From Acidimicrobiales bacterium (lineage in GTDB: Bacteria; Actinomycetota; Acidimicrobiia; Acidimicrobiales; SZUA-35), in contig JAWKIO010000005.1 of NCBI GenBank assembly GCA_041394265.1, positions 1,575,401 through 1,639,400 of the forward strand: a DNA stretch of 64,000 bases, written 5' to 3'. The stretch's first letter is position 1, and the number at the start of each line of letters is the position of its first letter. This document shows, piece by piece, positions 32,298-41,934 of the stretch. Below the pieces are notes generated by a model, which worked only from the letters and a program-made list of their open reading frames with translations, ran no database searches and was not told the origin of the DNA. A program made the translations under genes and the position numbers.

Positions 32298-33403
32298 CTC
32301 GTGCCCCGGAACACTCGGTCGAGCCGTGTGCCGAACCCGCAGACGATCTCATACGGGATCGTCCCGAGCACCTCGGCCCATTCCTCGGCCGAGATCGCAT
32401 CGCCGCCCTGGGCCCCGAGGAACACCACTTCGTCGCCGACGGCGACCTCGGCGTCGCCGCAATCGACGATCACCTGATCCATGGTGATCGAACCGGCGAA
32501 TCCGTGGCGCTCGCCGTTGATCAACACCTGACCGGTGTCCCACCACGCCCGAGGCACACCATCGGCGTAGCCGATCGGAACCGTGGCGAGCGTCGAATCT
32601 CGGGTCAACGAGCGCCGGTGGCCGTAGCTGACGGCGGTGCCGGCGCGCACCCGCTTGACAAACCCCACGGTCGAAACCAATCGCATCGCCGGCCGCAACT
32701 CGACCAGGTCGTCGAGGTCAGGCCCCGGGAGGCAGCCGTAGAGACCGATGCCGCATCGCACCACATCGAGGTGGCTCCGACCGAGCGAGACCGTTGCAGC
32801 GGTGTTTGCCGCGTGGACGAGCGGTGGATCGATACCGATGGCCGACAGTTCCTCGATCACTGCGTCGAATCGGTCGAGCTGCTGGTCGTTGAGCGGATGA
32901 CCGAGTTCCTCGGAGCGGGCGAGATGGGTCCACACCGAACCGAGTTCGAGTTCGTCGGCCGCCACGATCATCTGCGCCAACTCGATCGTGTCGGCCCCGG
33001 TCGCACCGACCCGACCCATCCCGGTGTCGACCACGAGGTGCACCGTCATCACCCGGTGGTCGCCGGCGGCGGCGATGGCCAGTTCGATCCCTTCACGGCT
33101 GTAGAGCGCCGGCTCGAGATCGAGTGCGGCAACGGCTTCGAACTCCGCCGGATCAGGTTGCGAGAGAACCCAAATCGGCGCATCGATCCCCGCCTCGCGG
33201 AGCTGCCGGCCTTCGGCGACCTGAGCGACAGCGAGACGAGAGGCGCCGGCGCCGAGCGCGGTCGTTGCGACCTCGACGGCACCGTGTCCGTACCCATCGG
33301 CCTTCACGACGGCACACAGTTCGCTACCGGCAGCGAACGAGCCGAGCATCGAACAGTTCTGCGCCACGGCGTCGAGATCGATCTCGAGCCATGCCCGGCT
33401 CAC
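32294..33403 (-). CDS. alr: alanine racemase
   Basis: 369 aa with PLP-lysine motif AVVKADGYGHG. GTG start overlaps the nnr stop (GTGA). Confidence 0.93.
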   Translation of the reverse strand: MSRAWLEIDLDAVAQNCSMLGSFAAGSELCAVVKADGYGHGAVEVATTALGAGASRLAVAQVAEGRQLREAGIDAPIWVLSQPDPAEFEAVAALDLEPALYSREGIELAIAAAGDHRVMTVHLVVDTGMGRVGATGADTIELAQMIVAADELELGSVWTHLARSEELGHPLNDQQLDRFDAVIEELSAIGIDPPLVHAANTAATVSLGRSHLDVVRCGIGLYGCLPGPDLDDLVELRPAMRLVSTVGFVKRVRAGTAVSYGHRRSLTRDSTLATVPIGYADGVPRAWWDTGQVLINGERHGFAGSITMDQVIVDCGDAEVAVGDEVVFLGAQGGDAISAEEWAEVLGTIPYEIVCGFGTRLDRVFRGTR

Positions 33404-34821
33404 TGCTTCCCTCCCTCGCGTGATGGCAGCGACGACAGCACCCGAGCGACGAGCTCGGGCAGGTCACCGGCGACCAGGCCCCGTCGGTAACCCAGCGACG
33501 CTGCCCGACCGTGCAGCTCGGCGCCCACGCCGGCTGCGGCGAACGGTTCGAGACCCAGCGCGAGGCCGGCGCCGATGATGCCGCTCAACACATCGCCGCT
33601 GCCTGCCGTCGCCAACCGCTCGTCACCGGCATTCGACAACAGGACCCGACCATCGGGATGGGCGACCACGGTGACCGGACCCTTCAGGAGCACGACGCTG
33701 GCGTAGGCCTTCGCCGCCCGACGAGCCGCCTGCACGCGGTCGCTTCCTGGAGGATCGCCCATCAACCGGGCGAACTCACCGTCGTGCGGTGTCAGCACGG
33801 CCAGGGCCTGACGATCACGAAGGCAGGAGGTTCGCTCGCTGCTGCCGGCCAACCTCTCTGCACCGGTGGCGATGGCGTCGAGCGCGCCGGCATCCAAGAC
33901 GACGGGCTGATCAACGCCGCTCACCAGCGCCCGGACCTGTTCGCCGGATCGGTCGTCGGTCGTAAGGCCGGGTCCGAGCACGAAGGCCGCCACCCGGTCG
34001 GCCTGGCGGGTGACGTCCGCTGCCCAGTCGTCTCCGATGCTTCGACCGACGGCCTCGATCGGGAGATCGACGGCGGCGGCATCGAGGCCGGGAATCGAGC
34101 CAAGCACGTAGCCTGCGCCTGCTCGGGCGGCGGCCGTGGCGGCCAACCGCGGAGCGCCCGGCATCGACGGTTGCCCACCGACGACCCAGACCGCCGACTG
34201 CCACTTGTGGGCGTCGACCGCCCGGTTGGGCCACGATGCGAGGTCGTCGGGATCGAGTAGATGGATCCGAGCGTTCGAGGTGTCGAGACCGAGGTCGGCG
34301 ACCGTCACCGGTCCGGCGAGCGCCGGTCCTCGACCGAACAGCAGCCCGGGTTTGATCGCCCCGAACGTCACGGTGGCATCGGCCCGAAGCGCCGACCCCA
34401 GCACCGCCCCGGTATCGCCATCGAGGCCGCTCGGGATGTCGACCGCCAGGACGAGCGGTTGGCGGGGGCACAGCGCAGCAAGATCGGGGGCATCGAAGGG
34501 ACGACGCAGTCCGGTTCCGAACGCAGCGTCGATGACGAGCTCGCAACGGGACCACACCACCGAGGCGTCGCGCCACGTCCGGGCATCGACCACGGCGACC
34601 TTGGCTCCCCAGCGCTCGAGGATCTGTGCCCCGACTCGACCGTCGGCTCCGTTGTTTCCCGGCCCTGCCAGCACCACGATTCGGCGACCGGCAACCGATC
34701 CGAGAAGTGAGCGCGCCGCAACCGCATTCGCCCAGCCGGCGCGCCCGATCAGCGTGTCGAGATCCTCGGCGGCTGCAGCGTCGATCGCTCGCATCTCCTC
34801 CGGCGTCACGACGGGTCGCAT
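33400..34821 (-). CDS. bifunctional NAD(P)H-hydrate epimerase/ADP-dependent dehydratase
   Basis: ORF trimmed to ATG 34821 (MRPVVTPEEMRAIDAAA). YjeF-N domain plus a carbohydrate-kinase-like C-domain (GSGDVLSGIIGAGLA). Confidence 0.88.
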   Translation of the reverse strand: MRPVVTPEEMRAIDAAAAEDLDTLIGRAGWANAVAARSLLGSVAGRRIVVLAGPGNNGADGRVGAQILERWGAKVAVVDARTWRDASVVWSRCELVIDAAFGTGLRRPFDAPDLAALCPRQPLVLAVDIPSGLDGDTGAVLGSALRADATVTFGAIKPGLLFGRGPALAGPVTVADLGLDTSNARIHLLDPDDLASWPNRAVDAHKWQSAVWVVGGQPSMPGAPRLAATAAARAGAGYVLGSIPGLDAAAVDLPIEAVGRSIGDDWAADVTRQADRVAAFVLGPGLTTDDRSGEQVRALVSGVDQPVVLDAGALDAIATGAERLAGSSERTSCLRDRQALAVLTPHDGEFARLMGDPPGSDRVQAARRAAKAYASVVLLKGPVTVVAHPDGRVLLSNAGDERLATAGSGDVLSGIIGAGLALGLEPFAAAGVGAELHGRAASLGYRRGLVAGDLPELVARVLSSLPSREGGKQ

Positions 34822-34822
34822 G

Positions 34823-35431
34823 TCAGAGCATCCGATCCAAGGCGTCGCCGAGTTGGCCCGGGTCGAGGTGGACGCCGCCGACGAGCGTGAGTCCCATGAC
34901 CACGGGCTCGGAACGAGTCCACGCCAGCACCTGCCCTCGACGGTCGGGAACCTCGCTCCACCGAGTGGAGCTGAGCTGGTCGCGCACCAGGAGCGCCAGG
35001 TGGCGAGCGCCAGGGCCATCGAGGTCCTCGAGCCATGGCTGCAGCCATCGGTTCGCCGGCTGGTCGAGGCGGACCAGGGCGGCAAGGACGTCGTGGGCCG
35101 GCGGATCACCCGGTTCGAGCGCCAGGTGGGTTGCCCACCATCGGTCGAGCAGCTCTTCGACCGGTCGTCGGCGTTCGTCGGGCCACGAGGTCCACTCGTG
35201 GGACTCGAGCCGATCGAAGACCGCAACCGCGAGCTCGGGGTCGGCGCCGGGAAGGGTCACCAGCTCGAGCAGACGAGGAAGGCACTCGAGGAACTCACCA
35301 TCGTCGGCGCGCACGAGCACGGCATCGAAGGCCAACTGGGGCAGGAGCGAGTCCGGCGGCGCGAACTCGCGCCACAGCCGTTCGAGCGACGCAGCGATCA
35401 GCTGGTTCCAGCGCGGAGCATCGGCGGTCAC
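34823..35431 (-). CDS. hypothetical protein
   Basis: 202-aa ORF. GTG start overlaps the acpS stop (GTGA). Trp/Leu-rich helical protein with no recognised motif. Confidence 0.5.
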   Translation of the reverse strand: MTADAPRWNQLIAASLERLWREFAPPDSLLPQLAFDAVLVRADDGEFLECLPRLLELVTLPGADPELAVAVFDRLESHEWTSWPDERRRPVEELLDRWWATHLALEPGDPPAHDVLAALVRLDQPANRWLQPWLEDLDGPGARHLALLVRDQLSSTRWSEVPDRRGQVLAWTRSEPVVMGLTLVGGVHLDPGQLGDALDRML

Positions 35432-35886
35432 GACGCCAATCCTGCCACCACTGCGATGGCAATCGTGTCACTGTGCGACAGGGTGAGCAGCCAACCGCCG
35501 ATACCGAGCTCATTCGCCCGGATGGCGGCGCGACCGCTGACGACCAGCGACGGCGCACCCGAGGGTGCCTTCGAAACGGCCATGTCACGAAAGTCGACCC
35601 CACCGAGCCCGACCCCGAGCGCCTTCATCGTCGCCTCCTTGGCCGCGAACCGGGCGGCGAACCGCTCCGCTGGATCACGGGCGGCGAGCGCATAGCGAGA
35701 CTCGTCGTCGGTGTAGACGCGGCGAACGAAGCCGCTACGACTGACCGTGATGCGCCGGATCCGGTCGATCTCGACCACATCGACGCCGATGGAGACGACA
35801 GATCGCCCTATCAACGCTTCGAGGGCGGCAGCTTGAGTGGCTGCCGCCTCGAACCCTGCATCGGCGTCGGTCAGTTCGTGGCCCAT
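35428..35886 (-). CDS. acpS: holo-ACP synthase
   Basis: SIGVDVVEIDRI and FAAKEATMKALG motifs. Start uncertain: ATG 35886 overlaps the glmS-like stop by 16 nt, and TTG 35814 is an alternative. Confidence 0.8.
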   Translation of the reverse strand: MGHELTDADAGFEAAATQAAALEALIGRSVVSIGVDVVEIDRIRRITVSRSGFVRRVYTDDESRYALAARDPAERFAARFAAKEATMKALGVGLGGVDFRDMAVSKAPSGAPSLVVSGRAAIRANELGIGGWLLTLSHSDTIAIAVVAGLAS

Positions 35887-38800
35887 CGTGCTGCAACGGT
35901 ACTGATGGGCGCCGTGAGCAGCTCGACGGTCGGCACCGACCCGAGGAGATCCTCACGGAACGTCGGCTGCGTCTCGGTGACCACGTCGACCAGCTGGCGA
36001 TACCGCTTGTGGTAGCCCTGCAGCACCGAGCGGGCAGTACCGGCGTCGAGACCTTCGTTGACCTTCAGATGGCAGAGCGTGAGGCCGGTGGTCTCGCCGT
36101 CTTTCACCTCAGGCACGATGAGGACCGTGCGACCGTCGGAACCGACCGTGACGATCAGCTCGCGATCGGCCGCCACCCGGTGCTTGGTACCTCGCAACGA
36201 CGGATCGTCGGCCACCCGAGAGCTGAGGTTGGCGGCCAGGCCACCCTTGTCGGCAACGAAGATCTGTGCGCTGTCATCGGGGTCGCCCTCGATCCGGTAG
36301 CGGGTATACCCGGTGACCTCGTCGATCGCCGGGTCGAGGGCCGCCAACGAGCGCAGGGTGCGGTAGCTGAGGCGGTCGCGGGGGCAGCCCGTCGCGAGCA
36401 CGCCCTGGATGAGGTCGGACTGGAGCAGGGACTCGTCGGCACGCGAGATGCCGACGGTGACCGTCTTGGCCTGGTGCTTGATGGCGTCGACCGGACGAGT
36501 GAGTTCCTCGATGCCCTTGGTCAATGCCGCTGCGAGATCCTCGACGACGACACCCGGGGTGCCGACCTTGCCGAACTCCAGCTGATAGGCCTCGAGCGGG
36601 TAGGCCTGCCCGGCGAAACGGAGCAGCGTGGCGACCCGTGTGGCGGTCGAAGCCTCAAGTTGACCGTTGTAGCGCCCGTCGCGCAACAGGGTGAAGAACG
36701 AGGCTGCCTTGGGCTCCAGGTCGTTGGCGAACTGGTTGAACCACTCCTCGCCGGTCGCACCGACGAAGCCCTCGATGATGCCCCGGGCCTCGCGCAGCGG
36801 GCGGGCCGACGCATCGATCGCAAGGGCTGCCTCGTAGCCGAACAAGTGGCCGACCACCGTGGACAACACGAACGCGAGCAGCGGGTGGGTCTCGGGGACG
36901 AAGATCACGTCGAGCGCCCCGTTGAAGCGATTCTCGCCGTCGGTGGCGATGACGATCGGCGCGGCCTTGTGCGCTCGGAAGATCGCGACTTCCTTCGCGA
37001 CGTCGTCGGCGTTCGACCCGACGAGTCCGGCGGCACACACGAGGATCAACGGCTCGGACGACAGATCGATGTGCTTCTTGTCTTCGGTGATGTCGCAGGC
37101 GATGGACTTGTAGCAGAGCTCCGACAGCTTGATGCGAAGCTCGCGTGCCGCAACCGCGTTGGCGCCATTGCCGACCATTGCCCAGTAGCGGCGGCTCGGC
37201 GCGTGCCGATCGGCGGCGGCGGCGATCTCCGGACGCTTGGCGAGCGTGGCAGTCATGGCCGCCGGGAGCGCACGCAGCCCGGCCAACACCGATTGGCGCT
37301 CGGCGGCCGTTCGACCGGTCGCCTTGGTGCCGTCCGACGAACCGGCGCCCATCAGCTGCGACACACCCTCCGCCAGCAAGAAGCCGGCGGCGATCTGGGC
37401 GTAGAACGCCTTGGTGGATGCCACGCTCATCTCGACGTCGCGACCATCGGAGGTGTAGAGAACACCGTCGGACTTGTCGACCAGGTCGCTGCCACGACGG
37501 TTCACGATGGCGAGCACGATGGCGCCGCGTCCGTGCAGGAGGTCGACCGTCCGGTTCGTATCGGTCGTGGTGCCGGATTGGCTGATGGCGACGACGAGCA
37601 CATCGGACATGTCGTCGGCCAGCTGGAAGCCAGAGAGCTCGGTTGCGGTGATGGCCCGGACGGGGATGTTCATCCCCTCGAGCATCCACTCGAACGCAGA
37701 GGCGACGGCTTGGCCGGCGACGGCGGCGGTGCCCTGACCGATCACTTCGACCCGGCGGATCGAGCCGGACCGAAGGCGGGCAGCAACGGCGTCGTTCATG
37801 GTTTCATCGGGCAGACGCACGCTGAGCGTGCCGTCGGTCTCGATCAGACGGCCGCGCAGGGTCTTCGCGAACGAACCCGGCGATTCGGAGATCTCCTTGA
37901 GCAGGAAGTGAGGGGCGTCGCCTCGATCGATGTCACGGGTGGTGACCTCGGGGGTCTTCCACTCGACCTCGTCGACCGGAAGCTCGGTGCCGTCGTACGA
38001 CATGCGGCTCAGCCCGTTGCGATTACCGGCCATGGCGCCGCGGATCCGGATGATCTGCCCCTGGCTTCCCGTGGGGTTGTCGGGATCCGATGGGGTTTCG
38101 CCATCCATCCGCAGGTACAGGCTGGCGTCTTCGACGACGCCGTAGGGCTCGGAGGCGATCACGAACGCGTCTTCGGCCAGGCCGACGAACACACCCTGAC
38201 CCGAGCCACGGAGCGCGAGATGGAGGTCACCGGGCTCGGCCGTGGTCGAGATCCCGATGGCGACCGAGCCCTCGAACTGGGACACGGCCGAACGAACGGC
38301 CTCGTCGAGATCGAGTCCCTCGGCCAGACCGCGGGACACCATCGTGGGGATCACCTTGGCGTCGGTGGTGATCTCACCGGCGATCGCCAACTTCTCGAGG
38401 GCGATGAGGTCGGCGAAGTTGTCGACGTCGCCGTTGAGCGTGGCCGTGACGTAGGGAGCGTCGGTGCTTCCCACCTCGTCGGAGTTGACCGGGTGGGCAT
38501 TTGGCTCGGAGATGATGCCGACCGATGCCCAGCGGGTGTGCCCGAGCACGGTCACCTCGGCCGCCTCGTTGGCCAGCGCAGCAGCGAGCAATTCGTCGGA
38601 TGCGATACCGGCCCGCATCGCCTTGGTGTTGTCGCCAAGTTCGCCGATCTCGGCCGCCGCCTTGTAGACGAGGCTGAGGTGGCCGTCGGGGGTGCGGACG
38701 GCGCCGCTGGTGAAGAGCGGGTCGTTGGCGCGCTCGGTCATCAACGACGCGAACTGGGGATGCTCGAGGTCGAGACCGTGGTGCCGGACGAGCAGGTGAA

Positions 38801-39317
38801 GACCGGCGCTGTCGCGGCCACGTACCTCGAGCCGGTCGAGTGAGCTGAGGGCCTGTTGGATGCTCATGAACGCAGCAATGGCTGCGTCCGATGGTGAGGG
38901 GCCGGCCAGCGCAGCAACTTCGGTCGCCATGCGCAGACGGTCGCGCTCGATCGCCCAAGCACCATCCTTCGCTGCGATCAGTGCGGAGTTGATGGCCTCG
39001 AGATCGTGGTACTCGTGGCCATGGTCGAACAGGTGCTGCTCGATGGTGGCGAGACGATCGCCGATGAGGGCGATGTCGGAGGCGACGGTGGCCGCCAGAC
39101 CCTCATGCTGGAGCAGCGCTCGCAGCCCAGCCTCGCCCCGCAGCAGGTGGTCGACAGCGCCGAGTGCCTCGGCCGCCGAGGTCAGGCGGGCCGCCAGATC
39201 ATCGGCACCGGCCTCGGGAAGCGCCGACGTGGCGGCGGTGACGAGCTGCTGGATCTCGTCGGCCGCAGGGGTTGCCCGCTGGGTTCGACGACGGGCAATG
39301 GCGATGATGCCGCACAC
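35871..39317 (-). CDS. glmS: atypically long (about 1148 aa) glutamine-fructose-6-phosphate aminotransferase-like protein (Ntn GATase plus 2 SIS domains with large insertions)
   Basis: ORF 35871-39395 trimmed to GTG 39317, which precedes Cys (CGIIAI) and lies 9 nt after GAGGAGG. Class-II GATase motifs (RGRDSAG, GHTRWAS), two SIS domains (AISQSGTTTDT, ASTKAF), and a GlmS-like tail motif KTVTVG. In the syntenic glmS position next to glmM. Confidence 0.75.
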   Translation of the reverse strand: MCGIIAIARRRTQRATPAADEIQQLVTAATSALPEAGADDLAARLTSAAEALGAVDHLLRGEAGLRALLQHEGLAATVASDIALIGDRLATIEQHLFDHGHEYHDLEAINSALIAAKDGAWAIERDRLRMATEVAALAGPSPSDAAIAAFMSIQQALSSLDRLEVRGRDSAGLHLLVRHHGLDLEHPQFASLMTERANDPLFTSGAVRTPDGHLSLVYKAAAEIGELGDNTKAMRAGIASDELLAAALANEAAEVTVLGHTRWASVGIISEPNAHPVNSDEVGSTDAPYVTATLNGDVDNFADLIALEKLAIAGEITTDAKVIPTMVSRGLAEGLDLDEAVRSAVSQFEGSVAIGISTTAEPGDLHLALRGSGQGVFVGLAEDAFVIASEPYGVVEDASLYLRMDGETPSDPDNPTGSQGQIIRIRGAMAGNRNGLSRMSYDGTELPVDEVEWKTPEVTTRDIDRGDAPHFLLKEISESPGSFAKTLRGRLIETDGTLSVRLPDETMNDAVAARLRSGSIRRVEVIGQGTAAVAGQAVASAFEWMLEGMNIPVRAITATELSGFQLADDMSDVLVVAISQSGTTTDTNRTVDLLHGRGAIVLAIVNRRGSDLVDKSDGVLYTSDGRDVEMSVASTKAFYAQIAAGFLLAEGVSQLMGAGSSDGTKATGRTAAERQSVLAGLRALPAAMTATLAKRPEIAAAADRHAPSRRYWAMVGNGANAVAARELRIKLSELCYKSIACDITEDKKHIDLSSEPLILVCAAGLVGSNADDVAKEVAIFRAHKAAPIVIATDGENRFNGALDVIFVPETHPLLAFVLSTVVGHLFGYEAALAIDASARPLREARGIIEGFVGATGEEWFNQFANDLEPKAASFFTLLRDGRYNGQLEASTATRVATLLRFAGQAYPLEAYQLEFGKVGTPGVVVEDLAAALTKGIEELTRPVDAIKHQAKTVTVGISRADESLLQSDLIQGVLATGCPRDRLSYRTLRSLAALDPAIDEVTGYTRYRIEGDPDDSAQIFVADKGGLAANLSSRVADDPSLRGTKHRVAADRELIVTVGSDGRTVLIVPEVKDGETTGLTLCHLKVNEGLDAGTARSVLQGYHKRYRQLVDVVTETQPTFREDLLGSVPTVELLTAPISTVAARWATN

Positions 39318-39418
39318 AGAAATCGGCCTCCTCAATAGGGTCCGTACCCAGTATGGATCGGCTGATCTTCCCTGCCCCTGAGTCGATGTAGGCAATCGGC
39401 CTCATCGGGGCGGCGAGT

Positions 39419-40765
39419 TCATCCTCCGGTAACGAACGACTGGGTGGTTTGCACCAGTTGGGCGCAGATCCGTTCCGCAGTTGCCGCATCGAGATGTTCG
39501 ACCATGACGCGAATGAGCGGCTCGGTGCCCGATGCTCGCACCAGCACTCGACCCTGCGTTCCCAGCTCCGCCTCCGCCGCCTCGATGTGCGGCGAGAGCT
39601 TGGCGAGCAGCTCAGGGTCGCGTGCGGGGAGCCGGACGTTCTTGAGAACCTGCGGGACCGTACTCATGGCGTTCGAGGCCAGCTCGGCAAGCGACGACCC
39701 CGACCGCACGACGGCATCGGCAAGCTGGGCCGCCGCCAGTACGCCATCGCCGGTCGTGGCAAGATCCCGGCAGATCACGTGACCCGATTGCTCACCACCG
39801 AGCGAGAAGTTGCCGGCGTCGAGCTCGGCCAGCACGTAGCGGTCACCGACGCCGGTCTGGCGTACCTCGATGCCCGCCTCACGCATCGCAAGGTGGAGTC
39901 CGAGATTGCTCATGACCGTGACGACGAGGGTGTTGTGGCGCAAACGCCCGCTCGCGGCCCAATCGTTGGCGAGAATGGCCAAGATGTGGTCGCCATCGAC
40001 GATGGCGCCGGTGTGATCGACGGCGATGAGGCGATCGGCATCGCCGTCGAAGGCGAGCCCCATGTCGGCCGAGTGCTCGACGACCGCCGCCTGCAGCGCC
40101 GCCGGGCTGGTCGAGCCACGTTCGAGGTTGATGTTCAAACCATCCGGCTCGTTTCCGATCACCGTGACGTGAGCACCAAGCTCTTCGAAGACCATTGGCC
40201 CCACGATGCTCGCCGCGCCGTTCGCACCGTCGAGCACGACCCGAGCGCCGTCGAGCTTGCGCCCGCCCAGCGACTCGACGACCGAATGGACCCAGTCGTC
40301 GCATGGATCGTGCGAGGTGATCTCGCCGACTCCAGCACCGGTGGGTGCCGCCGTGGTGTTCGCACCGTCGGTGAGGATGGCGTGGAACCGGGCTTGGATG
40401 TCGGCTTCGGCCGCGTCGGACAACTTGATGCCGCCGGCGGCGAAGAGCTTGATGCCGTTGTCGGCGAAGGGATTGTGCGACGCCGAGATCATGGCGCCGG
40501 GCAACTGCCGCTCGGCGCAGACCCAGGCCACGGTGGGCGTCGGCACCACGCCCAACAACTCGACCGATGCGCCACTGGCCGCCAGCCCTGCCGCCAGCGC
40601 GGCTTCGAGCATCGGCCCCGACCGGCGGGGGTCACGGCCGATCACGAACGTGTCGCCGCCCAAAACGCCAGCGGCGGCACGGCCGAGGGCCAGTGCCACC
40701 TCTGGGGTCAGATCAGTATTGGCGACTCCACGTACCCCATCGGTACCGAACGACGGAAGCACCAT
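39419..40765 (-). CDS. glmM: phosphoglucosamine mutase
   Basis: 448 aa with FGTDGVRG and the active-site motif ISASHNPFADNG. Confidence 0.95.
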   Translation of the reverse strand: MVLPSFGTDGVRGVANTDLTPEVALALGRAAAGVLGGDTFVIGRDPRRSGPMLEAALAAGLAASGASVELLGVVPTPTVAWVCAERQLPGAMISASHNPFADNGIKLFAAGGIKLSDAAEADIQARFHAILTDGANTTAAPTGAGVGEITSHDPCDDWVHSVVESLGGRKLDGARVVLDGANGAASIVGPMVFEELGAHVTVIGNEPDGLNINLERGSTSPAALQAAVVEHSADMGLAFDGDADRLIAVDHTGAIVDGDHILAILANDWAASGRLRHNTLVVTVMSNLGLHLAMREAGIEVRQTGVGDRYVLAELDAGNFSLGGEQSGHVICRDLATTGDGVLAAAQLADAVVRSGSSLAELASNAMSTVPQVLKNVRLPARDPELLAKLSPHIEAAEAELGTQGRVLVRASGTEPLIRVMVEHLDAATAERICAQLVQTTQSFVTGG

Positions 40766-40780
40766 CGGAGCGAGCGCAGC

Positions 40781-41170
40781 TCAGCGCTTGGAGTACTGCG
40801 GCGCCTTACGGGCCTTCTTGAGGCCGTACTTCTTCGATTCCTTCTTGCGGGGATCACGGGTGAGCAGGCCTTCGGCCTTCACCGCGGTGCGGCATTCCGG
40901 GTCGAGGGAGATCAGCGCACGAGCGATGCCGAGGCGGAAGGCGCCAGCCTGACCCGAGAGACCACCACCATCGAGGGTGACGTCGATGTCGTAGGCCTCT
41001 TCGGTCTCGGTGACCCGCAGGGGCTCGGTGATGAGCCGGCGGTGCACCGCAGAGGGGAAGTAGTCATCGAACGCCCGGCCATTGGCGGTGATCGTGCCGC
41101 TACCGGCGGACACACGAACACGAGCGACAGCCTGCTTGCGCCGGCCGGTGGTCTGGATCAAAGAAGCCAT
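40781..41170 (-). CDS. rpsI: 30S ribosomal protein S9
   Basis: 129 aa, [11 protein letters not shown]... ending [12 protein letters not shown]. Confidence 0.97.
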   Translation of the reverse strand: MASLIQTTGRRKQAVARVRVSAGSGTITANGRAFDDYFPSAVHRRLITEPLRVTETEEAYDIDVTLDGGGLSGQAGAFRLGIARALISLDPECRTAVKAEGLLTRDPRKKESKKYGLKKARKAPQYSKR

Positions 41171-41174
41171 GGTG

Positions 41175-41627
41175 TCACTTCACCTCTCGGCGTGCGCCGG
41201 GAATCTCGAGAACGGTCGGCGACTGGGCGCCGTGGGGGTGCTCCGGGCCTGCGTAGACCTTGAGCTTGGTGGCCATCTGGCTACCGAGCCGGTTCTTCGG
41301 CAGCATGCCGGTGATCGACTTACGGACCGTGTCGGCCGGGCGCTTGCCCAGCGACTCGGCATAGCTCAGCGAGGTGAGACCACCCGGATAGCCGGAGTGA
41401 CGGTGCACCTGCTTCTTCGACGCCTTGTCGGAGGTGAGCACGATCTTCGAAGCATTGACGACGATCACGTGATCGCCCATGTCCATGTGGGGGGCGAAGG
41501 TCGGCTTGTGCTTCCCCCGCAGGATGCGAGCGACCTCGGTGGCCATACGACCGAGGGTCATACCCTCGGCATCGACCACGAACCACTGGCGGTCGATCTC
41601 GGATTTCTTCGGTGAGTACGTCTTCAC
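41175..41627 (-). CDS. rplM: 50S ribosomal protein L13
   Basis: ORF trimmed to GTG 41627 ([20 protein letters not shown]...). Confidence 0.93.
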   Translation of the reverse strand: MKTYSPKKSEIDRQWFVVDAEGMTLGRMATEVARILRGKHKPTFAPHMDMGDHVIVVNASKIVLTSDKASKKQVHRHSGYPGGLTSLSYAESLGKRPADTVRKSITGMLPKNRLGSQMATKLKVYAGPEHPHGAQSPTVLEIPGARREVK

Positions 41628-41699
41628 GGGGTACCTGCAGTCTTGACAGCAAAAGCCGGGCCGAAACAGCCGAAGAGCAAGCATAGGGTCGCGCGCTGC

Positions 41700-41929
41700 C
41701 CGTCCCAACCGTGCTATGTCCCTTTCGACCGACTTCGTCGATCGGGCCGCCGGCCACCCAAGTCAAACGCCCGAAACGGCGCTCCTCCGTCGCAACCGTG
41801 CAACACCTCAGCCGCTTTCGACCGACTTCGTCGATCGGGCCGCCGGCCACCCAAGTCAAACGCCCGAAACGGCGCTCCTCCGTCGCAACCGTGCAACAGC
41901 GAGCCCATTCGACCGACTTCGTCGATCGG
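41700..41929. repeat. tandem direct repeat (two identical 83-nt units with flanking partial copies, period 91-93 nt)
   Basis: Units 41723-41805 and 41816-41898 are identical by eye. A partial copy lies at 41908-41929 and a degenerate unit tail at 41700-41716. Each unit contains an 8-bp hairpin with a GAA triloop. Confidence 0.9.
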
Positions 41930-41934
41930 ATCGT

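Noticed and set aside
39318-39418. Possible glmS ribozyme upstream of the glmS-like gene
   Set aside because: The intergenic region is only about 100 nt, shorter than the ribozyme core, and I could not recognise the conserved core. An Infernal scan would settle it.
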